DNA of 64,000 bases from Eledone cirrhosa (GCA_964016885.1 OZ024745.1:37076001-37140000); one strand, 5' to 3'. Positions 12,355 to 25,342 are shown, counted from the stretch's first letter. The notes: generated from the sequence alone by a model not told the origin. Made by a program: numbers and translations.

Positions 12355-14168
12355 TGAACACGCTAGCTACTATAACTTAGCTTTACTTAAGGCAGGCCAT
12401 AAAGAACAACTCAAATACATACCTGATACAAAACATAACACCACACCTAATGTTAACGATACTTCCCACAACCATAGAATCAACAAACATAGGTCTAAAT
12501 GCATAAATAGGCACCATATACCTAATTTAAATAAACAAAATAATAATACTAATACCACTAGCGGACATAGAAAATACAGAAATAGAAACTACTTGTGGTT
12601 TAATCCAATGTTTAACTCCTCTATTAAAACTAAGCTTCCTCTCACTTTCTTCAAATTAGTTGACAAACACTTCCCTAAGATACATAAATATCATAACATC
12701 TTTAATAGAAAAACTATCAAACTATCATACTCCACTGCTAACAACATAGAATCGCACATTCACAAAATTATCTACATAAGAATTCATAATCAAAATAGTC
12801 CCCATATAAGTTCCATGTCACCAAATACAAAACACACACATATTACATCATCGCAACCAAACACACGTCAAATGCATATTACATAATCGCAACCAAATAC
12901 ACGCCAAACAATACCACCACAATACATCAACAACCTAATTCGGAGCCCCTACATAACAATCTTCAAAATCATGTAGTAGAACCGGCACATAGGAAAGCAT
13001 TTCTATGCAATTGCCACCTACCTGACAATTGCCCTCTACTAAACAGATGCCTTGAGAAAACGTAGTATACTTGTGTACTATCAACTCAGGTAGCTTGGCA
13101 TGGTATTACATTGGTTCCACAGCTGATGTTTTCAAAAAATGGTGGTACGTGCACAGACATTCTATGATTAATAAGAACCAATCAAATACAACAACTCTTG
13201 CCAATAAAATTTGGCAACTCAAAAATGCAGGCACTAAATACGACTGCTAAAGCCTATCAAACTGGTATGTCCCATTGTAGGTTCTGTAATATGGAGCTCT
13301 TCCAAATTCTTAATTTTCGTAAAACCCTTCTTTACAGTAGAATTGAGCGAACCATCTTCTGCCGGCATAAATCAGCAACGGAGTTCCTGAACTTTAGACC
13401 CACTTAACTCCATTTTCTTCTCCTAATTCCTTTTTATACTTTTAGCACTTATTACGATATCTTATTATCACAAACTTCATAATTACGTTGGAATAACCTA
13501 AAAACATTTGTATTAACATCATTATTTTTATTTTTATTTTTATTTGTATTTGCATCATTTATTATCTTATATATATACATCTTTCACCATTTATCTTTAT
13601 ATTTCTCCGCTTAAACATATTTCACCTCGTTCATTTTATTTATAATATAATACATCTCAAACTAGCTATTTTACATCGTAATCTATATTCGTCCGTATAT
13701 TTATTTTCTTGTCTCTCTTCTTCATATCCGTATGTTTATTTTTTTCTCTCTCTTCCTCATATCCCCATATTCATATTAATTTCTACTCCCTCATCCCTCT
13801 TAATCTTCTTCTATTTCTTTCTCATCTTCATTACTTATCCTTCCCCTTTGCCTATGCTACACCCCCCCTTCTCTCTTTCTCTATATATATCTTTATTATT
13901 ATTAATATTATATTTATTTTAATATGATAGGTTGATTTCGTAATTTTGCCGGTTATACATTTAACTATATCTTCCTTCCTTCTTTATTGCTTTCTCTCTC
14001 ATTTCCATCTATCTCCCTTCCTTCCTTTATTTATTTATCATTAATAATATTATTGATATAGTAAATTGAATCTTTAAATTTACCGTTACGCATATATTTT
14101 ATATTTCTTAATGTTCTCTGATGAAATGGTCAAACTTAAATGTATTGTAAATTGAGTTGTTCTTCTCA
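12355..14168 (+). mobile_element. 5'-truncated, degenerate Penelope-like element (C-terminal linker, GIY-YIG region, 3' UTR) with an inverted terminal copy on its left
   Basis: LLWFNPMF...DKHFPK...IFNRKTIKLSYS, CNC...CPL...C and YYIGST motifs. 13965-14168 is an inverted repeat of ~12140-12345. Confidence 0.75.
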
Positions 14169-14286
14169 TATATGACTCCAGTTCCTCAGTGAATTAACAA
14201 CCCAACAAGGAACTGGGAATATCAGAGTATTGACAATATTATACACCTAAACAACATATGTACTTGTCTATACCATACTAATTCAA

Positions 14287-14341
14287 ACTGCCTGAAGAGG
14301 TCACAGCCAAAGATGGCTGTCACTGAAATATATATAGCAGT
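14287..14341 (+). ncRNA. Minimal type I hammerhead ribozyme motif
   Basis: actgc-CTGAAGA-ggtcacagcca aaga tggctgtcact-GAAA-tatata-TA-gcagt. 5-bp stem I, long stem II, palindromic stem III. Confidence 0.85.
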
Positions 14342-14385
14342 AATAAACGAAGCTAAATTTTAATCATTTGACTTTTATTTAACTT

Positions 14386-14460
<75 letters not shown>

Positions 14461-14581
14461 TATATATATATATATATGTATATATCTATATGTTTCAACC
14501 AATGACCTCCACCCATCCCACACCCCACCCTCTCCTACCACCAGAAATGATATCAATACCACCATATTTACTTGGACAGCC

Positions 14582-14632
14582 AGATTCCTGATGATTTCTC
14601 AAGAATGAAACAGTTCTAGTCCTGTAGAATCT
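14582..14632 (+). ncRNA. Hammerhead motif, same family as 1184-1232
   Basis: agattc-CTGATGA-tttctcaagaat-GAAA-cagttctagtcctg-TA-gaatct. Confidence 0.8.
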
Positions 14633-14776
14633 CATCTGTATTAAAACTATATATATATATATATGTGAAAAAATGGGGAGAAGAATACTGCTGGTTGCAC
14701 ATGGATAACATGTAATAAAATAAGTCCCTCATCAGTGATTTGCCGACGATCATAGATATTTCATTGCATTAAAAAT

Positions 14777-14840
<64 letters not shown>

Positions 14841-14881
14841 AAACTAAAATAAATAAGTCACATATTTAAAATTAGGCTTCG

Positions 14882-14924
<43 letters not shown>

Positions 14925-15516
14925 AAAAAGGGAGTGCTGCGTGGTTTCACACGGGTTACATATGAATAAAATTAGTCCTTCATCAGTGATCTTCCAACCT
15001 TCATTGGTATTTCATCGCTTTAAAAATCATATACCTCTAGTTGGTGCAAGCAATAACTAAATAAAGTTATTGGGACAAGTAAAATAGGGTGAAGCGAGCG
15101 AGGCATGTAAACAAACAAAGATGGTATTGTAACGGAAAGATAGGAAGAGACAAGTACATGATATCTATAAGCTTAAGCTTGGTGAAATCATGGACGAGAG
15201 ATACAGACCATCGGACCTGGGTGAGATGTGAGGGAGAAAAGGACTTCACGCAGGTCAAACGGGAGGAAGTGAGAGAGGGGAGAAGCAGAGAGTGAGTGAG
15301 TGGAAGTGTGAGGAAGAGGCCAGCTGAGAGAGAGAGTGTGACTGGCAGAGGGGGTAAAAAGAAGGTGAGAGATACAGAGAGAGGGGAAGCAATAAGAAAG
15401 AAACAGACAGGTTTCAGCTGAGTAAAAAATATAAATATAAGAAAAATGGAGTGCTGCGTGGTTGCACATGGGTTACATATGAATAAAATTAGTCCTTCAT
15501 CAGTGATCTTCCAACC

Positions 15517-15520
<4 letters not shown>
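14925..15520 (-). mobile_element. Non-coding element of ~515 bp with a partial tandem terminal repeat, inserted in (TA)n
   Basis: 14925-15003 is repeated at ~15442-15520. Related to 15598-16332, 57697-58672, 14665-14780 and 4020-4130. Confidence 0.7.
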
Positions 15521-15587
<67 letters not shown>

Positions 15588-15597
15588 TATATATATA

Positions 15598-16332
15598 TAT
15601 GAAAAATATGGGGAGAAGAATACTGCATGGTTGCACATGGATTACATGTTATAAAATGAGTCCCTCATCAGTGATTTGCCAACGATCATTGGTATTTCAT
15701 CGCATTAAAAATCATATACCTCACGTTGGTGCGACAATAACTAAAATAAGTTATTGGGACAATTGAAACGCGTAAAGCGAGTGAGACAAGTAAACAACAC
15801 AGGGGAAAGCTAACCGAAGATGGAAAGAAACACAAGCAACATGGTTATTCTGTCAGCATAAGCTGGGTGAATACATGAGCGAGTAAGAAACAGACCTTTC
15901 GCTAGTGAATCCGATGTGAGAAAGAAGGAAAATCGGGTTCGTAGCGGACGGGAGGAAGTAAGAAGGGGAGACACAGAGAGTGAGTGAGTGGAAGTGCGAG
16001 GAAGAGGTCAGTAGAGAGAAAGTGTTAACTGACATGACAGAGGGGACGAAAGAAAGTAAGAGAAACAGAGAGAACGAGGGAGCAGTAAGAGAGAAAGAGA
16101 GAAACATAGAATAGCAGTTTAGGTAAATATATGAAAAATATGGGGAGAAGAATACTGCATGGTTGCACATGGATTACATGTTATAAAATGAGTCCCTCAT
16201 CAGTGATTTGCCAACGATCATTGGTATTTCATCGCATTAAAAATCATATACCTCACGTTGGTGCGACAATAACTAAATTAAGTTATTGGGACAATTGAAA
16301 CGCGTAAAGCGAGTGAGACAAGTAAACAACAC
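15598..16332 (-). mobile_element. Non-coding element of ~530 bp with a ~200-bp direct terminal repeat
   Basis: 15598-15800 is repeated at 16130-16332. Flanked by (TA)n. Confidence 0.75.
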
Positions 16333-16914
16333 ACATATATATATATATATATAAAATTAGGATTTAGCTTCATGCATAGCTGTATGCAGATATGTATTAG
16401 AATTTCGAATTTCTAAAGAAATACGGTATGTTTATAGGTAAACATTATAGGTAAACATTTAGCTACGGCTTTCTAAATGTTTAAAAGTACATTAAATTCG
16501 CGCCCGTATTTGGGATTATTTTTGTAGCCATTTAGAGAATTTTGTGCCAAACAAAAGATAATGGTCAAGAAAAAGGGATGGGGAGAATTGTTCTGGTTCA
16601 GTGAGTATGGCTGATGTGCTGGGGTGTCAAAATTCAGACTTTCTATTCAAATAAAGCAAGTAGAGATATGTATGTTTATTTGTGTGCTGGTGTGTGTGTG
16701 TAGGAAAATGATTCTATTAGTAGAAATGGGGGAGGGAGTTATGTGTGTGTGTGTATGGGTGTTATATGTGTGTGTGTGTATGTGTGTGGGAGTATGGTTA
16801 GCATGTTAAGATGGAGAGAATATATATTTGTGTGTGTAGTAAAATGATTCCGGTAGTAGGAATGGGGGAGGGAGTTATGTGTGTGTGGGGGGTATGGTTA
16901 GTATGTTAAGGTGT

Positions 16915-19893
16915 ACATTCTGCCTTCTTGTGTGTCCACCTCCATGCACCCCTTCTTTTCTCTCTTTTCCTCTGACGCCTCTATATCTGACGTAGGTGAG
17001 CTATGAGGCCCTCTTACCAGCACTTTACCTTCCACCCACACACGCCAGCCACCCACCCCTGATGCCGCTCGGTGCCCCAGTCCCCGGCGCCACGCCCCAT
17101 CCACAAGCCGACACCTGCAGCACTTGCAGCACCACTAACAGACGGAAGAGGGATCGGAACTGTTCGGGGTGCAGCTGCTTCCACCACCTCACCTACGTTG
17201 GCTTGACACGTCGAGCTTCCAGTGCCCTCGTAGCGTGGAGATGCAGGAACTGCCTCTTCTCCTCGTCTGCCCAGCCACGGCCGTCTGGCACACCACCAGA
17301 TGAGACAGCGAGCTTGCCTGACGCCCAAGCGTCGCTGGTCAACATTTCTCGGCTCAGGCGGCTCCGGAAGATCCCAATCAGGATCCCGAAAGCGGACCGG
17401 GTGCCGGTAGCCGATATCCTCGCCTCCTCGATTGAGAGCGCCCTGGACTCCAATCGTGCCAGCGACTGGGAGCGACTCTTTTATTTCACCCCACTCACCC
17501 TCGGGCTCCCCAGCTCTGGCGCTGACCGGGGAGGCCGGTCGACAGCTGCCTTCGTCAAGGCCAATGTTTCGTCCTTTGAGCAAACGCACATTTGAAGCAT
17601 GCCAAGGAACGCTGCACACCCCACCCTCGGGTACCCCCAATGCTCCACCCCTGAGGCCAGTGCCAAGCGTTTGCGTGACCGCGTAAATGCTAAACTAATC
17701 ACGGGTGATGTCTCGGCCGCAGTCAGAGTGGTTGCCTCAGAGGACACTGTCCTCCAACGCACCGAGGAGGTCCTGGCTGCCCTGCGACTCAAACACTCTG
17801 AGCCACCCGCTGATCTCAGACCCATACCCCCACCGACCCCAACTTGCTCCTTGTGGCTTCCCACGCAGACATCATGTCTGCCATCAAGTCCTTCCCAGCT
17901 AGCAGCAGCGGAGGTGCTGATGGTCTCCGACCAGGCCACATCAAGGAGTTGCTATCCCCCCTCTCCGCTGAAGCCGGGCGCCACCTTCTGAGTGCAATTG
18001 TGGTGCTCACCAATAGGCTCATCCATGGCACCCTGGACCCTCACGCCCGAGGCCTCTTTTTTTCGGCTAGCCTCACCGCTCTCAGGAAGAAAGAGAGTGG
18101 CATACGCCACATCGCTGTGGGAAATGTCTTCCGGAGGCTGGCTGCCAAGGCGGTCTGCAGGTCCATAACACCCGAACTGAGTGAGGAGTTCAGTCCGGTG
18201 TAACTGGGTGTCGGGGTGCCGGTGGTTGTGAGGGGACCGCACTTGCAACCAGGCAGTTCTTCAACAGCTGCCTACCGGAACCAGCACTCAGGGACTCCAG
18301 GCACCTCATTGTCAAGCTTGACATGAGGAATGCCTTCAACTGCTTGTGCCGGGACCATCTGCTCGATATCTGCCTCAGCTGAGCCCCCCTCTGCCTACCC
18401 GCTGGCCTACCTGTCGTATGGAGCCCCGGGCATGCTCCTTGCTGCTGATACGATCATACCTTCGGCTACTGGGGTCCAACAGGGCGACCCTTTGGGACCC
18501 CTCCTATTTGCCCTTGGTATAGACCACATCGCCCGGAGTATCACGCCCCCCTCTCAACGTTTGGTATCTGGATGATGCTACGTTGGGCGAGCCCGTAGAG
18601 ACTGTCTGCCATGACCTACAATCGGTGGTTCCTTCCCTGGCGGGAATCGACCTCCAGGTCAACTCGGCAAAGTCGGAGGTGGTGAATGTCAGCCACGATG
18701 CTGAGAGCTTTTGCAGCCTCCGTCTCGGACGTGCGGTCCATTCTCCTCCAGGTACAGGTGACCCCCGAAAGAGGATGTCCTCATCATCGGGTCACCGATC
18801 CACCCGCCGGCCATCCGCTCCACCATCAGGTCCAGGCTTCAACAACTTCAGACTCTCACGAGCCGACTGGGTTTGATCGACGACCACCCAGCCCTCTTTC
18901 TGTTGAGGAACTGCTTCGCCATGCCGAAGCTCCTCTATATCCTTCGCAGCGCTCCGTGCTACACCCACACATCTCTCTTCGCTGACCTCGATACTTGTAT
19001 CCGAGCAGCAGAGGAGATATGCAACATCAAGTTTGACGACATTGGATGGCAACACGCCACTTTACCTGTCAGGTATGACCTTGGCCTCCGGTCCTCGATC
19101 TCGCTGGCTTTGCCGGCGTATCTTTCGTCGGTAACCTCGTGCCGCGTCCTCGTCAGCAGGGTTCTTCAAAACACAATAGAACCATCTGTGTTCAGAGAAC
19201 GCGAGGCCGCTTGTGAGAAGTCGGACCGGCTGGGACTTAGCCCAGTAGATGTCCCTCCTCCTTCTCCTCCTGTTGACGTCAAGTCCCCCCAAAGCAATGG
19301 GATGCCATCCAGTGCAGCCTGGCCTCAGACAGGCTCACGCGCCAGCTCGACCAGCACCGCCTTGCCTGCTTTCGTGCGGCCTCCAAACCCCACAGTGGTG
19401 CCTGGCTCCATGCCCTGCCCGCCTTCTCCACTGGCACGCAGCTAGACAACAATAGCCTGCGCATCGGCGTTTCCTTGAGGCTCGGCCTCCGGATCTGCGA
19501 GCCACACCAATGTCGCTGCGGTTCCACCGTGGACTCTTTCGGCCTCCACCCGCTTTCCTGTCGCCACAGTGCCGGCCGCCTTCCATACCATGCTGCCCTC
19601 AATGAGGTCATAAAGCATGGCTTGGACGCTGCGGGCTTCCCTTTCCAGCTCGAGCCGGTGAGACTGGACCGAGGGGATGGCAAAAGGCCAGATGGCATGA
19701 TCATCTTCTCGTTCCGCGGTGGCAAACCCCTCGTCTGGGATGCTACTTGCTCCGACAACACCGCAACCTGGTGCAGTCTTCCACTAACCCAGGTTCTGCT
19801 GCACGTCGGGCTGAGGAGGCCAAGCTCCTCAAATACCGGTTGCTCTCCGACAGGTTTGCGGTTGTACCCCTGGCAGTGGAGACTTCTGGTGTC
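16915..19893 (+). mobile_element. Degenerate CRE-clade-like non-LTR retrotransposon (PHD-like finger, RT, restriction-like endonuclease)
   Basis: GC-rich block with CSTC...CSGC...H...WRCRNC, SGGADGLRPGH, KKESGIRHIAVG, GVQQGDPLGPLLF, WYLDD (18562-18576), CRCG...HPLSC and RPDG...WDATC. Several stops and frameshifts. Confidence 0.85.
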
Positions 19894-19894
19894 T

Positions 19895-22608
19895 TTTTTT
19901 AAAGATTAAGATGTCCAGAAATGGGAGTTGATCTTGGTTGTATTCCATTGTGAATTGAATGTTGTTATTGATGCCGTTAATTAAATTTTTGAAATCATTT
20001 AGTTAGTCGAGTGTGTGAGACCAAAGAATAAGACAATCATCCAAGTAGCGTTTCCAATTCTCTGATAAATATTTGTGAAGTTCAATCCGTATTTTGATTT
20101 GGAGTGTTCATATATCTGGACTTCCAAGTATGCCATGACTAAGTTAGCATAAGTTGGAGCGACTTTTGTACCCATCGCAGACCCCGATATTTGCTTGTAA
20201 GTACTGCTATCGAAATCAAAAAGTTGTTCTGTAAAATAAATTTTAATCCCTCGGTGATGAAGCTTTTTTCTATTCTGTCAGGTATCTCATTGGGATGTTT
20301 CTCTAGCCAGAATCCTATTGCTTGTAGTCCGTATTGGTGTGGGATCGTTGTGTAGAGATTCACTACATCGAAAGACACAACAATAGTGTCATTATTGACA
20401 TGTTTGGAGAGGTGGTTTAAGAGGTCCAGATCGTCTCTTACAAGGCTTGGTATGTGTTTGAGAATTGGTTTTAGTAGTATGTCTATAAAGTTGCTCAGTC
20501 TGTGTGTTTCACAATGTGGGCCCGCTACAATTGGTCTTAATTTAAGGCCAGTGGGGTATTGTGTGTTTACGCAGGTTGAGGTGGATTCTTTACGGGCATC
20601 GTTAATTATTTTACATTTGGGATCTTCGGAAGTCCGTAAAGGTTGCTGGTTTTGTATTCAAAATGTGTTAAATAATCGCGTTCCTTTTTAGTTATGTCTT
20701 CCTGGTATCGACAAATGAATGTGTGTAATCTGGTCATCGTTTTTGATTGCTGGTAGTTTTTTTTACTCTTTGATAGTAGTTAGTTTCTTGTAAGAGAGAG
20801 AGAGCATAGAATGTTTATATTGTTCAGCATCCATAATGACGACAGTACTTCCCTTGTCCGCTTCCTTAATTACAATGTCAGTATTGTTTTTCAGTTCATG
20901 GATAATCTCCCATTCCCTTCGACTCGTGTTGGGTTTGGGTTTAGGTTGCGGTAGTTGATGGTATGGGAAAGTTGCTATGTGGTCACAAAATTTGTCCAGA
21001 ACTCTGTTCCTACCCTTTGTTGGGCTGTAGCTGCTTTTATTCCGTACATGTAGCTGCTTTTATTGATTGGTCGTTATTCTCCTTGTCAAAAAATTCCTAT
21101 GTGAGACGTAATTTTCTACAGAAGTGTGAGATATCGTCATTTATCTCATTGGGGTTAGAGTATTGTGGTATTGGTGTGAATTTCAGTCCTTTGGAGAGAA
21201 TTTTAATTTGTTGGGCTGAGAAGTTTGTATTTGAAAGGTTGATTATTTTCGGTTTTTCAAAATCGGTTTGTGCTACCGGGTGTCGTGAGTCCTGTAGCCT
21301 TGGTCTAAAAAATGATTTTTCTGAATTGTTTTTTCATGGGTATTATTATATCGAATGGCATTGTTGTGTCTTGTATAGAAGTTTCGGACGTATTGAGGTT
21401 CGGTTTTTTGATGGTCCGGGTTGTAAATTTTGTTCCTTTGTGTGGGTTGGGATCTACAATTTTGGAACAGGTTTTGTGTGGGTTGGGGTCTACGGTTTGG
21501 GAATAGGTTTTGTGTGGGTTGTGACCTGCAGATCCGGTCCTGTCTTGTGTTGGGGGGGGACATTCGTTTTTTTTTTAGTAGGGTTATAGTTTTGTCTATG
21601 GGTTCTGGGATTATCGTCATAGTTTTGCTGGGGCTTAGTTGGACGTTTTGTTACTTTTTGTTGTTATTTGTTGCGAGTGTGGTGTGTGAGTTTTAGTTTG
21701 TTTTAAAAATAGGTTACCTGTATGGTGTTCATTTTTGAAATCCATTTCGTAGTTGTTGAACCAGGTGGCGTTTTTTTCCCATCGCTGGAGGGATGTTAGT
21801 TCTTCATCCTCACAATTTTCTTTCCAAAGTTTTAAGGTTTTTTCATAGAGTAGGCCTTCAGAGTGTCTTGAGATTTCTGTTTCCATCTGTTGGTCGAGTG
21901 ACTTGAATTTTTCTTCGTTGGAGTTAGCTCTTAACCGCAACAGTTTTATTTCTATTTTAAACTTTTCTAAGGCCATCTTTGCCCTAGGTTTTTGTTGGTT
22001 TTCTGGTTCATTCGGGATGGGTTTTATTTTGAGTTTTTTTTGGAGGATGATTGGGGTAGAGTTTAGTCATTTTTCATATATATCTGCCTTGCCATTATTT
22101 TTTAGGAGATTCCAAAAGGCAAATTTGTGGGATGTGAGCTTTTGAGTCCATATATTGATTAGGGTGTTTTTCACTGAGTGGACATCTCATAGATTGGGTT
22201 ATAATGGCTGTTCCAGATTTTGGAGCATTGTTGTTTCAATGGTTTCGATTAGTTTAGTTAATGCTGGAGTAATATTCGTCTCTTGGGTATTTTCTGCTTC
22301 TTCATGGCGTCCTTTTTTATAGATATGTATTTGGTCCACTTTGTTGATCAAAATTGAAAGTTTGGAGGAAATCTCTTTGAGTTCATTTAAGATGTCCTGG
22401 TTCAGTGAGTTGTCATTTTGTTGAGACTTTGGTGGCATTTTCGGTCCTCGTGTGGTGGGTATAAATTAGAAAATGAGTTTTTTTTTTACAAAATGAAAAA
22501 AAAAAACGAGACGTCCTACACGAGTGAAAGTATAAGGAAAAAAAAAAAGATGAAGTCGAAAATGCAACAGTCTTTTTAAGAATATTTATTTGGTTCCTTT
22601 ACCGGTTT
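19895..22608 (-). mobile_element. Degenerate Penelope-like element, 5' portion through the RT domain
   Basis: LRPIVAG, SFDVVNLYTTIPH, AMGTKVAPTYANL, WKRYLDD, IQFTMEY..QLPFLD. Its 5' end matches the terminal repeat at 38020-38150. Confidence 0.85.
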
Positions 22609-23117
22609 GGAGTTTTCTCGTCGAGTGCCACTTGAAGGGTGGTGTTTTTGTCTTTTTTCCTTTCATTCCCATTTGAGGTAGTGGTGTTTCTGTTGTGGTG
22701 AAATATTCTGTTCGCTGGCATTTCATAATTTTCTGAATGGTAGTATTTTGTTTTTTGGTTGACATATGGAGGTCTAGTTTTTCTGCTTTTCCATTCGGTC
22801 TTCGTATATCTTTGATTTTGTCGCTGGTAATTGTTCTTGGGGTTTTGATTGTAGTTGTATCTGATTCTGGTGTTTAGTATTTGGTCTGTGTATAATTGTG
22901 TATTCGGAATTCTCCGATCTCTTGTTGATGTTTGTTTATTGCGTGAGAATTCCTCATTTCTTGTGTTTTTGTATATTACCGAATTTTAAGGTTTCTTATG
23001 GGCTTGTTTTTTGGACTTTATTTGGTTTTTCCCATAGTTTTTTTCATATTCTTGTAACCATTGTGTTCTTTACTCCAAGATTTTCTTCGATTTTGATTCC
23101 TCAAAAACAATCTTCAG

Positions 23118-24050
23118 GAAGCAATACAATTTACCATGGAATGTAATAAAAAGGAACTACCGTTTCTGGATATCCTTATCATTAAATAAGAGGAAAATAT
23201 CAAAACATACCTATTTTACAGACCAACAGACACACACCAATACTTGAATTTCCGATCAGCACACCCCTCACATACCAAAAGAAACTTTCCTTTTAATATG
23301 ACAAGACGCATCTGCACCATAGTAACATGCCCCACACTACAGGAAAAAAGATTATATGAACTAAAAGGGTTCCTTAAAAGACGAATATCTGGTGAACCTC
23401 ATCAATACGGCCATCTCCAAAGCCCAGAACATCCCAGTGACAACACTGAGAAAAACAAAGCAACAGAATAAAATGGAAAAAACAGTTATCTCTTTTGTCA
23501 TCACTCACAATCCAAGGAACTTCAATATTGTGAAAGCCGCTAAACAATATCTCCTGATTCTCTAGCAGTCCCCTAAAATGAATGCACTCGTAAGAGACGC
23601 ACAAATAATATATAGTAGACGCCAAGCACCCAACCTAAAGAAACTGATTACCAAGGCAAAATTTACGTCTAATAATGAAGCAACGCGAGTTAAGAAATTC
23701 GAGGACCCTCGATGCGGAACTTGTGAACACATTGAAGAGGTTGGGCAAATCTCCTTTAAAAACAACCCGTTTTTCACAGTTAATGCAAACATGAATTGCA
23801 AAACCAAAAACTTGATTTACTGTGCAACCTGCCCACAATGTAAAGAAACCGGAACGGGTCTACATGACAGAGTTCGAGTACATAAACAACAAATTAGAGA
23901 CTCTTCTGTCAGAAACACCACATGCAGTGAACATTTCGCAACATACGGAAAGGGAAAATTCACAATATCCCCTTCTTTAAGATATGGTCGGATAACAAAT
24001 ATTTCCGAAAATATAAAGAATTCTTTATTAGAAAGTAAAAACCACTACTG
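23118..24050 (+). mobile_element. Degenerate Penelope-like element, RT thumb plus GIY-YIG endonuclease region
   Basis: IQFTME...LPFLD, YRPTDTHQYLNFRSAHP, CGTCEH, NCKTKNLIYCATCPQC and RVRVHKQQI. Confidence 0.85.
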
Positions 24051-24549
24051 AACCCCCCCCCCCCCCCCCAATGATATTTCATCTTCAAATAACGGGATTC
24101 TTCCCCCTCTGTCTTTTCTTTAAAAAAATCTCATATTGATAAAGAAAAATATCCAAATAGAAATTGATGACACCTGCACTTTCAAACATTCGATCGTTGA
24201 AGAGAAGAAAAACCCTCAGAGGTACACTAACATTTCATTAATTCCCTCTTCCCCACCTCAATGTATATGTGCACTTAAATACTTGAGTAGATGTGTGTGT
24301 AGATGTGTTTGTATGTGTCTGTAGGTGTACAGGTATGTGTATATGTGTGGTCTTAACTATGTTTCTAAGTATCGCCTTACTGACTAGTCCCATATCTGTG
24401 CGTGCCGGGCTTAGTAGTCTACATCTAAGGTTAGAAGTAAAGTCTACCTTGTGATCTTTCAGGGTGAGATTTCTTAGACATTAATTTAGACCTTCGCACA
24501 CACACCTACAGACCATTCCATAAGCTTAACGAAAAACTCAGTTTTTTTG

Positions 24550-25293
24550 CCGCCCTCCCACTATTTTTAGAAACTTCGTAAATAATATCAGTACTAGAAT
24601 CTCAAACCTCTCCTCTAATAAGGCTATCTTTGACAGAGCGGCACCCTACTATAACACAGCGTTAGCTAAAAGCGGCTTCTTGCAACCTATCACTTACTCT
24701 CCCACTAACAACAATAGCAATAAGAAAAGAAAGCGTAACAATAGACAAACTATCTGGTTCTCTCCTCCCTTCTCACTCAATGTTAAAACCAATGTAGGCA
24801 AAAAATTTCTAGCCCTCTTAGATAGACACTTTCCCATAGGTCATAAATACCGCTCCATCTTTAACCTACACAAAGTAAAACTAGGATACTCCTGCGCTAA
24901 GAAAATGAAGGCCCACATCACCAACAGCCTTAAGAACAACACCCTACCAGGGTTCTCTTGCCGTAAGCCCGAAGCTTGTCCCCTTCAACAGCAATGCAAC
25001 ACACCCGCTGTAGTTTATGAAGCTGTTGTCACTTCCAACCGACCAAATCAACCACAGGAGGTCAAATCCTACTGATTTTTGACAATCACTTTGACCATAT
25101 ATGGAATTACCCCTTGAGAAGATCGGCTATTTAAATACCAGGATAAATTTTCATTTAGTCCAGAATTAGCCGTCGAAACGGCTTGAGCTCAGCTGTCGGG
25201 GTCTTACTGGTTCCTATTACCCACTCTACTACCTCAAGTATTGAGTACTTTGGTGCGTTATGGTCCACCTGGTTCCTTACCACATTTCCTTCG

Positions 25294-25295
<2 letters not shown>
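24550..25295 (+). mobile_element. Penelope-like fragment with its terminal repeat
   Basis: IFDRAAPYYNTALAKSG, IWFSPPFSLNVKTNVGKKFL, KLGYSC and CPLQQQC...VVYEA, followed by a hammerhead-bearing tail. Confidence 0.8.
25109..25202 (+). ncRNA. Hammerhead motif with compensated U3-A8 core variant
   Basis: acccc-TTGAGAA-gatcggcta...tagccgtc-GAAA-cggct tgagctc agctg-TC-ggggt. Confidence 0.7.
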
Positions 25296-25334
<39 letters not shown>

Positions 25335-25342
<8 letters not shown>

